Shown one piece after another: positions 10,204-19,526 of a stretch of 64,000 bases of DNA (position 1 is the first letter of the stretch; each line of letters begins with the position of its first letter). The position numbers were made by a program, and so were the translations under genes. The stretch comes from an uncultured Gemmatimonadales bacterium (GTDB lineage Bacteria; Gemmatimonadota; Gemmatimonadetes; Longimicrobiales; RSA9), in the NCBI GenBank assembly GCA_963798845.1, contig CAWCUS010000001.1, positions 320,001 through 384,000 on the forward strand, read 5' to 3'. The notes beneath the pieces were generated by a model. That model saw nothing but the letters and a program-made list of their open reading frames with translations, was not told the origin of the DNA and searched no databases.

Positions 10204-11922
10204 ATGCCACGTGTGCATTCTCTCCCCAGCACCGTTCTGGCGTTTGCCGGCGCTGCCGGCCTTGCCGGCCTTTCCGCCTGCGCGGGCGACCGGGGACCCG
10301 GCGATTCTCCGAACGTCTCCCTCGAGGCCGCCGCGTCGGCGCTCGAGAGCGTCCAGGCGCCGGACCTGATGACCCACATCGACACGCTCGCCTCCGACGC
10401 CTACGAAGGCCGGGCACCGGCCACGCCGGGCGAGGAGAAGACGGTGTCGTACCTGACGCGCCAGTTCCAGGCGGTCGGGCTGGCGCCCGGCAACCCCGAC
10501 GGGACGTACGTCCAGGATGTGACGCTGGTCGGGATCAGGAACCATGCGCGCGGCTCCATCGACGCAGGCGATCAGACGATCGAGATGCGAACGCCTGACA
10601 ACTTCATGGGCGTGTCCTTCCGTGACACGTCGGAAGTGCACGTCCGCAACTCGGACGTGGTTTTCGTGGGCTACGGCGTGGAGGCCCCCGAGTACAACTG
10701 GGATGACTACGCGGGCCAGGACATGAGCGGGAAGACGCTGGTCATGCTGGTCAACGATCCGCCGGTGCGTGTGGACGGCGACACGGCCCTCGACCCGGAC
10801 ATGTTCAACGGCAAGGCCATGACCTACTACGGCCGTTGGACCTACAAGTACGAGGTCGGCGCCGAGAAGAACGCGGCCGCAGTCATCATCGTGCACGAGA
10901 CGGGCCCGGCCGGGTACCCCTGGGCGGTGGTGACCGGGAGCTGGGGACCGGAGCAGTTCGGGGTCGCCGGCGGCAGCGAGCGGACACCGGTGAAGGTCGA
11001 GAGCTGGATCACGGAGGCGGCCGCGCGGGAGCTCTTCCACGCCGCCGGGATGGATTTCGACCAGATGAAGGAGAAGGCGCGGACGCCCGGGTTCAGGCCC
11101 GTGCCGTTGAACGCGAAGGCCACGTTCGACATTGACATGGAGCGTCGGCAGGTTCGGTCCAAGAACGTCGTGGCGAAGCTCCCGGGCTCCGATCCGGAAG
11201 TGGCCGACCAGTACGTGATCTACTCGGCGCACTGGGACCACCTTGGCCGCGACACCACGCTGGAGGGCGATCAGATCTTCAACGGGGCACTGGACAACGC
11301 CAGCGGCGTGGCCGGGCTGCTGGAGCTGGCGCAGGCGTACACTAAGCTCTCGTCGCCTCCGCGTCGGTCGGTCCTCTTCCTGGCGGTAACGGGCGAGGAG
11401 AAAGGGCTGCTGGGCGCGAAGTACTACGCCGGGCATCCGCTCTACCCGCTGGAGAAGACGCTGGCGGACATCAACATGGATGGCCTCAACCAGTGGGGTC
11501 CGACCGGCGACGTGGTCGTGGTCGGGATGGGCAACTCCTCGCTCGATGACGTGCTGCAGCGCTACGCCGACACTCAGGGCCGCCACCTGCTCCCTGATCC
11601 GGAGCCGGAAAAGGGCTACTTCTACCGATCCGACCACTTCGAGTTCGCGAAGAAGGGGGTGCCGGCGCTTTACACGGACGCGGGCACCGAGTTCGTGGGC
11701 AAGCCCGCGGGGTGGGGCGAGGAGAAGCGGCAGGAGTACGTCACGAACGACTACCACAAGCCGTCGGACGAAGTGAAGCCCGACTGGGACCTCTCGGGCG
11801 CCGTGCAGGACCTGCAGCTCCTCTTCATGGTGGGGTACGACGTCGCCCAGGGCTCCGCCTGGCCAACCTGGAGAGAGGGGAACGAGTTCAAGGCCACGCG
11901 CGACGCCATGCTGGGCCAGTAG
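10204..11922 (+). CDS. M28-family metallopeptidase with PA domain, lipoprotein
   Basis: SD AAGGAGG, lipobox [57 protein letters not shown]. Confidence 0.93.
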   Translation: MPRVHSLPSTVLAFAGAAGLAGLSACAGDRGPGDSPNVSLEAAASALESVQAPDLMTHIDTLASDAYEGRAPATPGEEKTVSYLTRQFQAVGLAPGNPDGTYVQDVTLVGIRNHARGSIDAGDQTIEMRTPDNFMGVSFRDTSEVHVRNSDVVFVGYGVEAPEYNWDDYAGQDMSGKTLVMLVNDPPVRVDGDTALDPDMFNGKAMTYYGRWTYKYEVGAEKNAAAVIIVHETGPAGYPWAVVTGSWGPEQFGVAGGSERTPVKVESWITEAAARELFHAAGMDFDQMKEKARTPGFRPVPLNAKATFDIDMERRQVRSKNVVAKLPGSDPEVADQYVIYSAHWDHLGRDTTLEGDQIFNGALDNASGVAGLLELAQAYTKLSSPPRRSVLFLAVTGEEKGLLGAKYYAGHPLYPLEKTLADINMDGLNQWGPTGDVVVVGMGNSSLDDVLQRYADTQGRHLLPDPEPEKGYFYRSDHFEFAKKGVPALYTDAGTEFVGKPAGWGEEKRQEYVTNDYHKPSDEVKPDWDLSGAVQDLQLLFMVGYDVAQGSAWPTWREGNEFKATRDAMLGQ

Positions 11923-12028
11923 CCGGTCGACGGGCCGACCTTCTGCACCGGGGCCACGGCGCTCGCCGCGGCCCCGATCCGCATCCGGCCCCCCTGTCGC
12001 GATCGTCCGCGGCTGAGCCGAAGGCCGG

Positions 12029-13597
12029 TCAGCCCAAGCCCCGGGGGCTCACCCACCGCTCCGCCAGCCCAAGGACGGCGTCGACGAGGAGCGCCAGCAG
12101 GGCAGCCGGGATCGCGCCCGAGAGGACCATGCGGGTATCGGAAAGCGCGAGGCCCGAAACGATCGGGTCCCCGAGCCCGCCCGCGCCGATGAACGCCGCC
12201 AGCGTTGCCGTCCCCACAGTGATCACGGCGGCCGTCCGCACGCCGGCCATGATCACCGGTGCGGCCAGCGGGAGACGCACGTGGCGGAGCACCTGGCCCC
12301 GCGTCATCCCCAGCGCGCTGGCTGCGTCGACGGCCTCCGGGCTCGCGTCCCGCACCCCCGTGTACGTGTTCCGGAGGATCGGATACAAGGAGTACAGGAA
12401 AAGGGCGACCACGGCCGGTGCTACTCCGATCCCCAGGAGCGGGATCATGAATGCCAGCAGCGCGATGCTCGGGATGGTCTGGAGCACGCCCACGCCGCGG
12501 ATCGCCCCCTCGGCGGCGGCCCGCACCCGCTCCAGCGCGAGCCCGGCGGGGACCGCCACCAGGATGGCGCCGAGGAGCGCCACGCCGACCAGCAGGAGGT
12601 GGCGAAGCGTCAGGCGGAGCAGCAGCGATCTGCGATCCCACATGTACGAGGCCATCCCGGGGGCGCCGGCTGCGGGGCGGCCTGGCGCCGCCTGCTCGCC
12701 GGCCGGGGCGAGGAGGCCGAGCTGGCGGAGGCCGGCCGCGGCGACGGTCGCCACGGGCTCGCCGTCGACCTCGACTCGCCGGTTCAGGCGCCGCATGAAG
12801 TCCTCGTCGAGGAGCCCGGAGAGCCGCTCGAGCGCGATGGCCGCGCCGGGGACATCGCGGACCAGGCGGCGGCCGGCGAGTGCCGCGGCCTGATACGCCG
12901 GGAAGAATCCGGCGTCGTCGGTGAGGACCACGAGGTCGTAGCGGGCGATCTGGCCGTCGGTGGCGTAGCCGTCGATGACGTCGACACTGCCTTCCGCCAG
13001 CGCGCGGTACTTCACCGACTGGAGGAGCGATCGGGTGTCGGCGAAGCGGATGCCGTAGGCGAGGCGCATGCCGGGGAGGCCGTCGCCGCGCCCGATGAAA
13101 TCGGGAGAAAAGCCAGCGGTGAGGCGGGGCGCCACCTTCGCGAGGTCGCTCAGCGTGCGGAGCCCGTAGCGCTCTGCGCTCTCGCGGCGCACGGCGATGG
13201 CATACGTGTTCTGGAACCCGAGCGGAGCGAGCCACTCCACTCCCCAGCGCCGCCGGAACTCGGACCGCACGCGCCGGAGCACGACCGCCGGATCCGACGA
13301 GGGAGGCTCGCCGAGGATCGCGACCAGGCCGGTTCCCGTGTACTCCGGATACACGTCGATGGCGCCGGAGCGGAGCGCGCGAAATGCGACCTCGGTCGCG
13401 CCCAGCCCGGGCCGGCGGTCGACGCGGAACCCGTCGTCCTCGAGCAGCTGCGCGAACATCTCCGCCAGCAGGTACGACTCGCCGAACGGCTTGCTGGCCA
13501 CGACCACGGGTCGGGCCGGGCGCGCGGCCTGGCCGGCAGCCGGCGCTGCGGCGAGCGTCGCGAGGCAGCCGGCGAGCAGGGCCGTCCTGGCCGTCAT
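12029..13597 (-). CDS. Quaternary-amine (betaine/ergothioneine-type) ABC transporter, fused substrate-binding domain + permease
   Basis: Signal peptide, VASKPFGE, IDVYPEYTGT, GFQNTYA, FIGRGDG, YATDG, then TM domain QTIPSIALL, ILRNTYTG, EAA-like loop DAASALGM, AAFIGAGGLG. ATGA overlap with the ATPase gene. Confidence 0.9.
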   Translation of the reverse strand: MTARTALLAGCLATLAAAPAAGQAARPARPVVVASKPFGESYLLAEMFAQLLEDDGFRVDRRPGLGATEVAFRALRSGAIDVYPEYTGTGLVAILGEPPSSDPAVVLRRVRSEFRRRWGVEWLAPLGFQNTYAIAVRRESAERYGLRTLSDLAKVAPRLTAGFSPDFIGRGDGLPGMRLAYGIRFADTRSLLQSVKYRALAEGSVDVIDGYATDGQIARYDLVVLTDDAGFFPAYQAAALAGRRLVRDVPGAAIALERLSGLLDEDFMRRLNRRVEVDGEPVATVAAAGLRQLGLLAPAGEQAAPGRPAAGAPGMASYMWDRRSLLLRLTLRHLLLVGVALLGAILVAVPAGLALERVRAAAEGAIRGVGVLQTIPSIALLAFMIPLLGIGVAPAVVALFLYSLYPILRNTYTGVRDASPEAVDAASALGMTRGQVLRHVRLPLAAPVIMAGVRTAAVITVGTATLAAFIGAGGLGDPIVSGLALSDTRMVLSGAIPAALLALLVDAVLGLAERWVSPRGLG

Positions 13598-14334
13598 GCC
13601 AGCCCCGCGCGCTGGAGGAGGGCGCGCACGTAGCCGCCGTCCGCGGCAGCGCGAAGCTCGGCGGGCGTTCCCACCTGCTCGACCCGCCCCGCCCGCATCA
13701 CGGCGATGCGGCCGGCGAGCCGGAACGCCTCGCCGAGATCGTGGGTGACCAGGACGCATGTGCTGCGCACGCGCTGGCGGAGGTCGAGGAACGCTTCGTG
13801 GAGATCCGCCCTGGTGATGGCGTCGAGCGCGCCGAAGGGCTCGTCCATGAGGAGCACGCCCGGCCGGCCCGCCAGCGCCCGGGCGATGGCCACGCGCTGG
13901 CGCTCGCCCCCGGAGAGCTCGCGTGGCCAGCGGCGGCCGTAGCGGTCCGGGGGCAGCCCCACCAGCGCGAGCGACTCTGAAGCCCTCGCGCCGGCGTCGG
14001 CGTCGCCCCGGAGCCAGGGCACCGTCGCCGTGTTGCGGACGACGGTCCAGTGGGGAAGCAGCCCGCCGTCCTGCTGGACGTAGCCGATCGAGCGGCGCAG
14101 TGCCACGGGATCGGCACAGGCGACGGGCCGTCCGCCCACCCGGACCTCGCCCGCATCCGGGGACACCATGCGGTTGAAACAGCGCAGCAGCGTGGTCTTC
14201 CCCGCCCCGCTCTCGCCCACCAGCGCCAGGCACTCGCCGGGCTCCACCTCCAGGGAGACGCCGACCAGCGCCGCCGTGCCGTCGTAGCGCTTGCCCACGT
14301 CGCGTGCCGAGAGCGATGCCGCCGGGGCGCTCAT
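13594..14334 (-). CDS. ABC transporter ATP-binding protein (OpuA/ProV-like, no CBS)
   Basis: GESGAGKTT, LRRSIGYVQQ, LSGGERQRV, LLMDEPFGALD, VTHD. Confidence 0.93.
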   Translation of the reverse strand: MSAPAASLSARDVGKRYDGTAALVGVSLEVEPGECLALVGESGAGKTTLLRCFNRMVSPDAGEVRVGGRPVACADPVALRRSIGYVQQDGGLLPHWTVVRNTATVPWLRGDADAGARASESLALVGLPPDRYGRRWPRELSGGERQRVAIARALAGRPGVLLMDEPFGALDAITRADLHEAFLDLRQRVRSTCVLVTHDLGEAFRLAGRIAVMRAGRVEQVGTPAELRAAADGGYVRALLQRAGLA

Positions 14335-14438
14335 CAGCCCGTCCGCTCCGAAGCCGGACCCGACCGCGGGCACGCGGGTTGCCTCGTGGTCGCGGCCTCC
14401 ACAGCTTCGCCCCGAGCGAGCGCTCGCACTCGAATCAC
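14334..14438 (-). CDS. Putative 34-aa leader peptide (MIRVRALARGEAVEAATTRQPACPRSGPASERTG)
   Basis: AAGGAGG 5 nt before GTG at 14438. Its TGA overlaps the ATPase ATG (TGATG). Confidence 0.4.
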   Translation of the reverse strand: MIRVRALARGEAVEAATTRQPACPRSGPASERTG

Positions 14439-14591
14439 GGAGACCTCCTTGGATCGTGCCGGAGCCGCACCCCTGACGGGCTCCCCGCCGTCGACGCACC
14501 ACCGCGCGGGCGGGAGATCGGGTCAACATAGGACCGGTGCCGCGGCGTCGCACTCGCCCCGCCCGCACCCGCGCACACCGGAGCTTGCGTC

Positions 14592-15548
14592 ATGCCCGAC
14601 CCGATGACGCTGGACGCAGCGAAGGCCGCGATGCGCGCGGAGGTGGCCGAGCAGCTGTCGCGTGAGCCGAGGCAGCTGTCGCCCAAGTGGTTCTATGACC
14701 ACCGGGGTTCCGAGCTCTTCGAGGCGATCACCCGCCTCCCCGAGTACTACCCCACGCGCACGGAGCGTCGGCTCCTCCATGCGGAAGCGCAGACGTGGGT
14801 CCGCGACCTGGCTCCCGGCACGCTCGTCGAGCTCGGCGCCGGGGCGGCGGACAAGACGCGGGCGCTGTTGGACGCCATGGTCCGCCAGGCGACCGGTCCG
14901 CTGGCGTTCGTGCCTGTGGACATCAGCGGCGAATTTCTGGCCGGCGTGGCGGCGTCGCTCCGCCGCGCCTACGCCACGGTGGCCGTGCATCCGGTCGTTG
15001 CGGACATGTCCCGCGGCTTCCACGTCCCCGAAAGCCTTCCCTCGCCCACGCTCTTTGCGCTGCTGGGCGGCACGATCGGCAACTTCGACGCGGGCGCTGC
15101 ACGGGCCCTCCAGCGCCGGATCCGCGGCGAGATGCGGCGCGGCGACCGCTTCCTGATGGGCGTGGACCTTGTGAAGGACACGGCCATCCTGGAGGCCGCC
15201 TACAACGACCAGGCCGGGATCACGGCCGAGTTCAACCGTAACGTGATGCGCGTGCTCAATCGCGAGCTGGATGCCGATTTCGACGTGGAAGCGTTCCGTC
15301 ATCGCGCCTTCTACGATGCGGATCGGGCACGCATTGAGATGCACCTGGTGGCGTCGCGCGCCACGCGGGTGACCATCCCGGGGGCCGGCTCGTTCGACTT
15401 CGAGGAGGGCGATTCGATCCGGACCGAGATCAGCTGCAAGTTCCGGCGCGATGACGTGGAGTCCATGTTCCTGGACGCCGGGCTGCGCATGACCGAATGG
15501 GTCACCGGTGAACCCGGCTTCGCCCTCACCCTGGCCGAGCCCGCGTGA
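14592..15548 (+). CDS. egtD: L-histidine N(alpha)-trimethyltransferase (hercynine synthesis)
   Basis: LSPKWFYD.RGSELFEAIT.LPEYYPTRTE, VELGAG, PVDIS, GGTIGN, GVDLVKD, AYND..GITAEFN.N, RIEMHL, IRTEISCKF. Confidence 0.93.
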   Translation: MPDPMTLDAAKAAMRAEVAEQLSREPRQLSPKWFYDHRGSELFEAITRLPEYYPTRTERRLLHAEAQTWVRDLAPGTLVELGAGAADKTRALLDAMVRQATGPLAFVPVDISGEFLAGVAASLRRAYATVAVHPVVADMSRGFHVPESLPSPTLFALLGGTIGNFDAGAARALQRRIRGEMRRGDRFLMGVDLVKDTAILEAAYNDQAGITAEFNRNVMRVLNRELDADFDVEAFRHRAFYDADRARIEMHLVASRATRVTIPGAGSFDFEEGDSIRTEISCKFRRDDVESMFLDAGLRMTEWVTGEPGFALTLAEPA

Positions 15549-15610
15549 TTGCCCGGCAAAGTCGCCCGCCGCATCTTGACCGCGGCTGTCCCGCCACCCG
15601 CTGAGCTCAC

Positions 15611-17611
15611 ATGGCCGACTTCACCGCCGTCGACTGGTTCTGGGCCGCCGCCTTCCTGCTGCTGATGGTAGGCGGGGCGTTCCTCTTCTACCGTCTCGGA
15701 CGCCGCTCGGAGAGCGACTTCTTCCTGGCCGGCCGCGGTCTGCCATGGTGGCTTCCGGCCTCCTCCGTCTTCTCCACCCACACGGCGACGGACACGCCCA
15801 TGTGGATCACCGGCACGGTATACGCCCACGGGCTGCGCGGGCTCTGGTACACCTTCTTCACCGCCTGGACGGCCATCGGCAGCTTCGTGTCCGCCCGCAT
15901 CTTCCGCCGCTCCCTCGCCTACACGCAGGCGGAGTGGCAGGTGCTCCGCTTCGGCGGGCTGGGCGCCGAGCTGCTGCGCGGATGGATGGCCGGCTGGCAG
16001 GTGTTCATGAACATGTTCATCCTCGGCTGGGTGGGGATCGCCATGGGCAGGGTCGGGGCGCTGGCCTTCGGCTGGCCGATCTGGGTCGGGCTGGTCGTTC
16101 CCACCTTCATCACCGCCCTCTACACTCTCGCCGCCGGCTACTGGGGCGTCGTCATGGGCGACTTCCTCCAGGGCATCGTGGCCGTCTTCGCCATCGTCCT
16201 CGTCTCGCTCGTCGGCATCGCGGCCGCGGGCGGCGGCGCCGGCGTCGTGTCAGGGCTGGATCGCCTCGGCGAGTCCTGGCGACTCGACCCGTTCCACTTC
16301 ACCGGGCTCCTCAGCGGCGATTTCCCGGTGGCCTGGTTCGCCACGATGCTGGTCATCGCCGTCGTCGGCGGGTTCGGCATGGGCACCAGCATCGACTGGT
16401 ACGCGGAAGCGCAGCGGATCCAGAGCGCCCGCACGGTGCGCGACGCCAGCTACGGCCTGTTTGCAGGCGGACTGGCGACGCTGGTGCGGAACGGCTTCTG
16501 GGCGGCGAGCATCGTCGCCTTCTTCGTGCTCGTGCCCGGGATGACGAACGGTGCGGAGTACGAGCTCGGGTGGTTCCGCATGGGCTTCGGGCTGCTCCCC
16601 GCAGGACTCGTGGGCGTGTTCTTCGGCGCCATCCTGGCCATCCACATGTCGACGATCTCCAGCCATCTGAACATGGGCGCGCTCTACTTCACCCGTGACC
16701 TGTACCAGCGATACTTCCGCCCGGAGGCGGGAGAGCGCGAGCTGGTGCGGGTGGGGCGGGTGATCACTGCCGTGCTGCTGGTCGGCTCGTTCTTCTACGG
16801 CCTGATGATGACGGAGATCACGCAGTGGCTGATCTTCGCCCTCTGGCTGATGATGGCCGGCATCTGGCTCCCCAACATCCTGCAGGTGGTCTGGTGGCGC
16901 TTCAACGCGTGGGGCTACCTGAGCGCGTGGATCGCCAACCTCGGCGTGTCCTGGCTCGTGGTCTGGGTGCTCCCCGCGTTCCACGTGATCCCGGCACTCC
17001 CAGACCACTTCCAGTTCTGGCTCCTCATGGCGCTGGGCGCCGCCGTGTTCCTTCCGGCCACACTCCTCACGAAGCCGGAGAAGATGGACCACCTGGTGCG
17101 CTATTACGTCATGACCCGGCCTCTTGGATGGTGGGGGCCGGTGCATCGCGAAGCCATGCGACAGGGGCTGATCTCGGATCATCCTTCGTCTGCAGGCTCC
17201 GTCGGTCCCAACCCGCGTTCGAGCTCGAACCCCACCGCCCCTTCGACGGGCGCCACCGCCAGGCGGCCGCTGATCCGGCGCACGTGGACGCCGAAGGAGG
17301 CGGAGGGGTGGTCGCGGGAGGACTGGATCGTGATCCTCCTCGCCCCCGTCGTCTACGCCCTCACCATGCTCGGCGTGGCGCTCGCGCTCCTGGCGCGGCC
17401 GGTGGGCTGGGCCATGCTCCTGGCCACCGTCGTCCTGGGCGCCTTCATGTACTGGGTCATCGACCCGAAGCTGCGGGCGGTGTCCGTGGAGTATGAGGAG
17501 CGCCAGTCCGGCTACCTGAAGGATCTGGAGCGCGTCCTGCGCTGGGAGGAGCCCCTCGCGGACCCGGCGACGCCGGCCGACCCGCTCGCGCCCGTCGGGG
17601 GAGGAGGCTGA
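15611..17611 (+). CDS. Sodium:solute symporter family protein with extra C-terminal membrane domain
   Basis: DFFLAGRGLPWW, LAAGYWGVVMGDFLQ, AQRIQSAR, LPAGLVG..LAIHMSTISSHLN.GA.YFTRDLY, WWRFNAWG; many TM segments. Confidence 0.9.
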   Translation: MADFTAVDWFWAAAFLLLMVGGAFLFYRLGRRSESDFFLAGRGLPWWLPASSVFSTHTATDTPMWITGTVYAHGLRGLWYTFFTAWTAIGSFVSARIFRRSLAYTQAEWQVLRFGGLGAELLRGWMAGWQVFMNMFILGWVGIAMGRVGALAFGWPIWVGLVVPTFITALYTLAAGYWGVVMGDFLQGIVAVFAIVLVSLVGIAAAGGGAGVVSGLDRLGESWRLDPFHFTGLLSGDFPVAWFATMLVIAVVGGFGMGTSIDWYAEAQRIQSARTVRDASYGLFAGGLATLVRNGFWAASIVAFFVLVPGMTNGAEYELGWFRMGFGLLPAGLVGVFFGAILAIHMSTISSHLNMGALYFTRDLYQRYFRPEAGERELVRVGRVITAVLLVGSFFYGLMMTEITQWLIFALWLMMAGIWLPNILQVVWWRFNAWGYLSAWIANLGVSWLVVWVLPAFHVIPALPDHFQFWLLMALGAAVFLPATLLTKPEKMDHLVRYYVMTRPLGWWGPVHREAMRQGLISDHPSSAGSVGPNPRSSSNPTAPSTGATARRPLIRRTWTPKEAEGWSREDWIVILLAPVVYALTMLGVALALLARPVGWAMLLATVVLGAFMYWVIDPKLRAVSVEYEERQSGYLKDLERVLRWEEPLADPATPADPLAPVGGGG

Positions 17612-17612
17612 C

Positions 17613-17828
17613 ATGGACCGCGGACTCGTGACGCTGATCGGGATGAGCATCGCCTACGTGGCGTCGTTCATCGGGATGGGGCTGGCATGGTGGGCATGGC
17701 GGCGGCGCAACGACGAGCAGGCGCCCCGTACGGGCGGAAGGCAGCCCGGTCGAAGCGGGAATCATGTGGGGGGTCGGGAGCCTGTCAGCCGGCCCGCGGA
17801 GCGGAAATCGGACGGAGGCCAGGCATGA
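17613..17828 (+). CDS. Small single-TM protein (71 aa)
   Basis: GGAGG SD inside the SSS 3' end, 1-nt gap. Hydrophobic LVTLIGMSIAYVASFIGMGLAWWAW followed by RRR. Confidence 0.65.
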   Translation: MDRGLVTLIGMSIAYVASFIGMGLAWWAWRRRNDEQAPRTGGRQPGRSGNHVGGREPVSRPAERKSDGGQA

Positions 17829-17950
17829 ACGGGATCGCGTCCCCGCTGAGCGAAGGCCTGCTCTGGTCCTGGCTCGTCCCCACCGCCGTCTTCCTGGTGG
17901 CGGCCGGGGCGACGTGGCTGCTGTACCGAGCGTTCGCCAACCGCGGCTAG
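17825..17950 (+). CDS. Small single-TM protein (41 aa)
   Basis: GGAGG SD, ATGA overlap. MNGIASPLSEGLLWSWLVPTAVFLVAAGATWLLYRAFANRG. Confidence 0.65.
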   Translation: MNGIASPLSEGLLWSWLVPTAVFLVAAGATWLLYRAFANRG

Positions 17951-18125
17951 ACCTGCAGAGCGCCCCGGGAATCGGCCGGCTCCGCGAAGGCGGCGTCGTC
18001 CGGAGCCGCCGAAGCGGGAGCAGCCCGAATCGCGAGTGCGCGCGCAGCCGCGCCAGCGGCTGAGCGTCGAATCCACGCAGAGCGGGGTCGCGGCGCGCGC
18101 AGCGCCGCCGTGATCGACTCCCGCG

Positions 18126-19526
18126 TCAGCGGCGGCCCGGAGGCGCGCCAGCGCCCGAGGGGAACGACCCGCGCCACAGCGGATGCGCCTCCGTGTTGAA
18201 CACCACCGCGTCGAAGTCCAGGGACCCGGGTGAGGCGAGGAGCCACCCGTACTTCAACGTCTCCGCGAGGAAGAAGGACTGCATTGCGTCGCTGAGCTCC
18301 ATGGTGCGGACGTCCTTCACCTGGGCGAAGCCGTAGGGGGCACGCGTGTACTCGAAGATGGCGTCGAGCATGGTCCGCCCCAGGTCGCGCCAGCGCTCCT
18401 CTCCCGTGACGGTGAACAGGTAGTACGCCGACTCCAGCGCCTCAGGCCGCAGGATGTAGGCGGCGGCTGTCACGGTCATGGTGGAGTAGTCGAGCTCCTC
18501 CGGCTCCAGGCCCTTCAGCGACCACATGCGGGCGACGCTCTCCTCCAGCCGCTCCGCCCGCTCCACATCGCCGCCCAGCGCCAGGACCGCGGGGAGGAAC
18601 GCCTGCAGCGCACCGAAGCGCGTGTCGATCCGCGCCCCCGTGTCCATGTCCACCGCGCCGTACCAGAGCCCGTCGAAGCGCTCGTCGGCCTCGTAGCGGT
18701 TCACGGCGGTGACCCCTTCGTCGTACATCCGCCGCAGCTGCGGGTCATCGAACAGGATCGAGCCCTTGAGCAGGTACTCGTGCCAGGAATCGATGCGGCC
18801 GCCCACGTGCGACGCCGGTCTCTTCCACACGCCGGTCCGGACGTCGATCACCTCTCCCACGAGCCCGAGCGGGGAGCGACGCTGCCAGACCGCGTCGATC
18901 GCGTTCCGGGCAGCGTCCATGTAGCGCGGGTCCGACGTGACGCGCGACAGAGTGCCGAACTCCAGCAGCAGCGACCCGATCTCCGCCGGATTGCTCAGCG
19001 GATCGCGCACCTCGCCCGTGCGCAGGTTGACGAAACGGTACGGCATGCCGGTCGCGGAGCGGAAGGCCGGGAGGAGCCGGTCGCCCAGGTCGGCGGCGAG
19101 CTCGAGCCAGCGGGCGTCGCCCTCCATCTCGTACGCGGTGAGCAGCGCGCCCAGGTGACGGATCGTGATCTCGAAGACCTGGACGTCCAGGTCCTGGTCG
19201 AAGTCGAGGCGTCCGAGGATCAGCTGCTTCGCCCTGGCCGCCTCAGCGTCGAGCCCCATGAGGAGCATGGTGTCGTACGCATCGACCGGAGTCATGAGGA
19301 GCGACGTGGCGTACCAGTTCCGCCCGGCGCCGGAGATGGGGCGAAGCTCGTCGTCGCCGGAGGCGCGCTCCAGATAGCCGTCCCAGGCATGGAGGAAGGC
19401 CGCGCGCACCCGCCTCGCCATGGCCGTGTCGGGCGACTGGGCCTCAACTCCGACCACGCCCGGTCCCGCCACTGCCACGAGAAGGGCGACGAGGATTCCC
19501 AACCGGCGCGGCGTCGCCCCGCTCAT
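18126..19526 (-). CDS. Glycoside hydrolase family 47 (class I alpha-1,2-mannosidase), secreted
   Basis: Signal peptide, AFLHAWDGY..A.G.DELRP, VFEITIR.LG.LL, AEIGSLLLEF, IDSWHEYLLK, YILRPEALES, MQSFFLAETLKY, FNTEAHP. Confidence 0.93.
   Translation of the reverse strand: MSGATPRRLGILVALLVAVAGPGVVGVEAQSPDTAMARRVRAAFLHAWDGYLERASGDDELRPISGAGRNWYATSLLMTPVDAYDTMLLMGLDAEAARAKQLILGRLDFDQDLDVQVFEITIRHLGALLTAYEMEGDARWLELAADLGDRLLPAFRSATGMPYRFVNLRTGEVRDPLSNPAEIGSLLLEFGTLSRVTSDPRYMDAARNAIDAVWQRRSPLGLVGEVIDVRTGVWKRPASHVGGRIDSWHEYLLKGSILFDDPQLRRMYDEGVTAVNRYEADERFDGLWYGAVDMDTGARIDTRFGALQAFLPAVLALGGDVERAERLEESVARMWSLKGLEPEELDYSTMTVTAAAYILRPEALESAYYLFTVTGEERWRDLGRTMLDAIFEYTRAPYGFAQVKDVRTMELSDAMQSFFLAETLKYGWLLASPGSLDFDAVVFNTEAHPLWRGSFPSGAGAPPGRR

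Noticed and set aside
1539..14537. Identical 13-mer AACATAGGACCGG at 1539-1551 and 14525-14537
   Set aside because: Only two copies. It is partly explained by a minus-strand TATGTT -10 box and may be chance.
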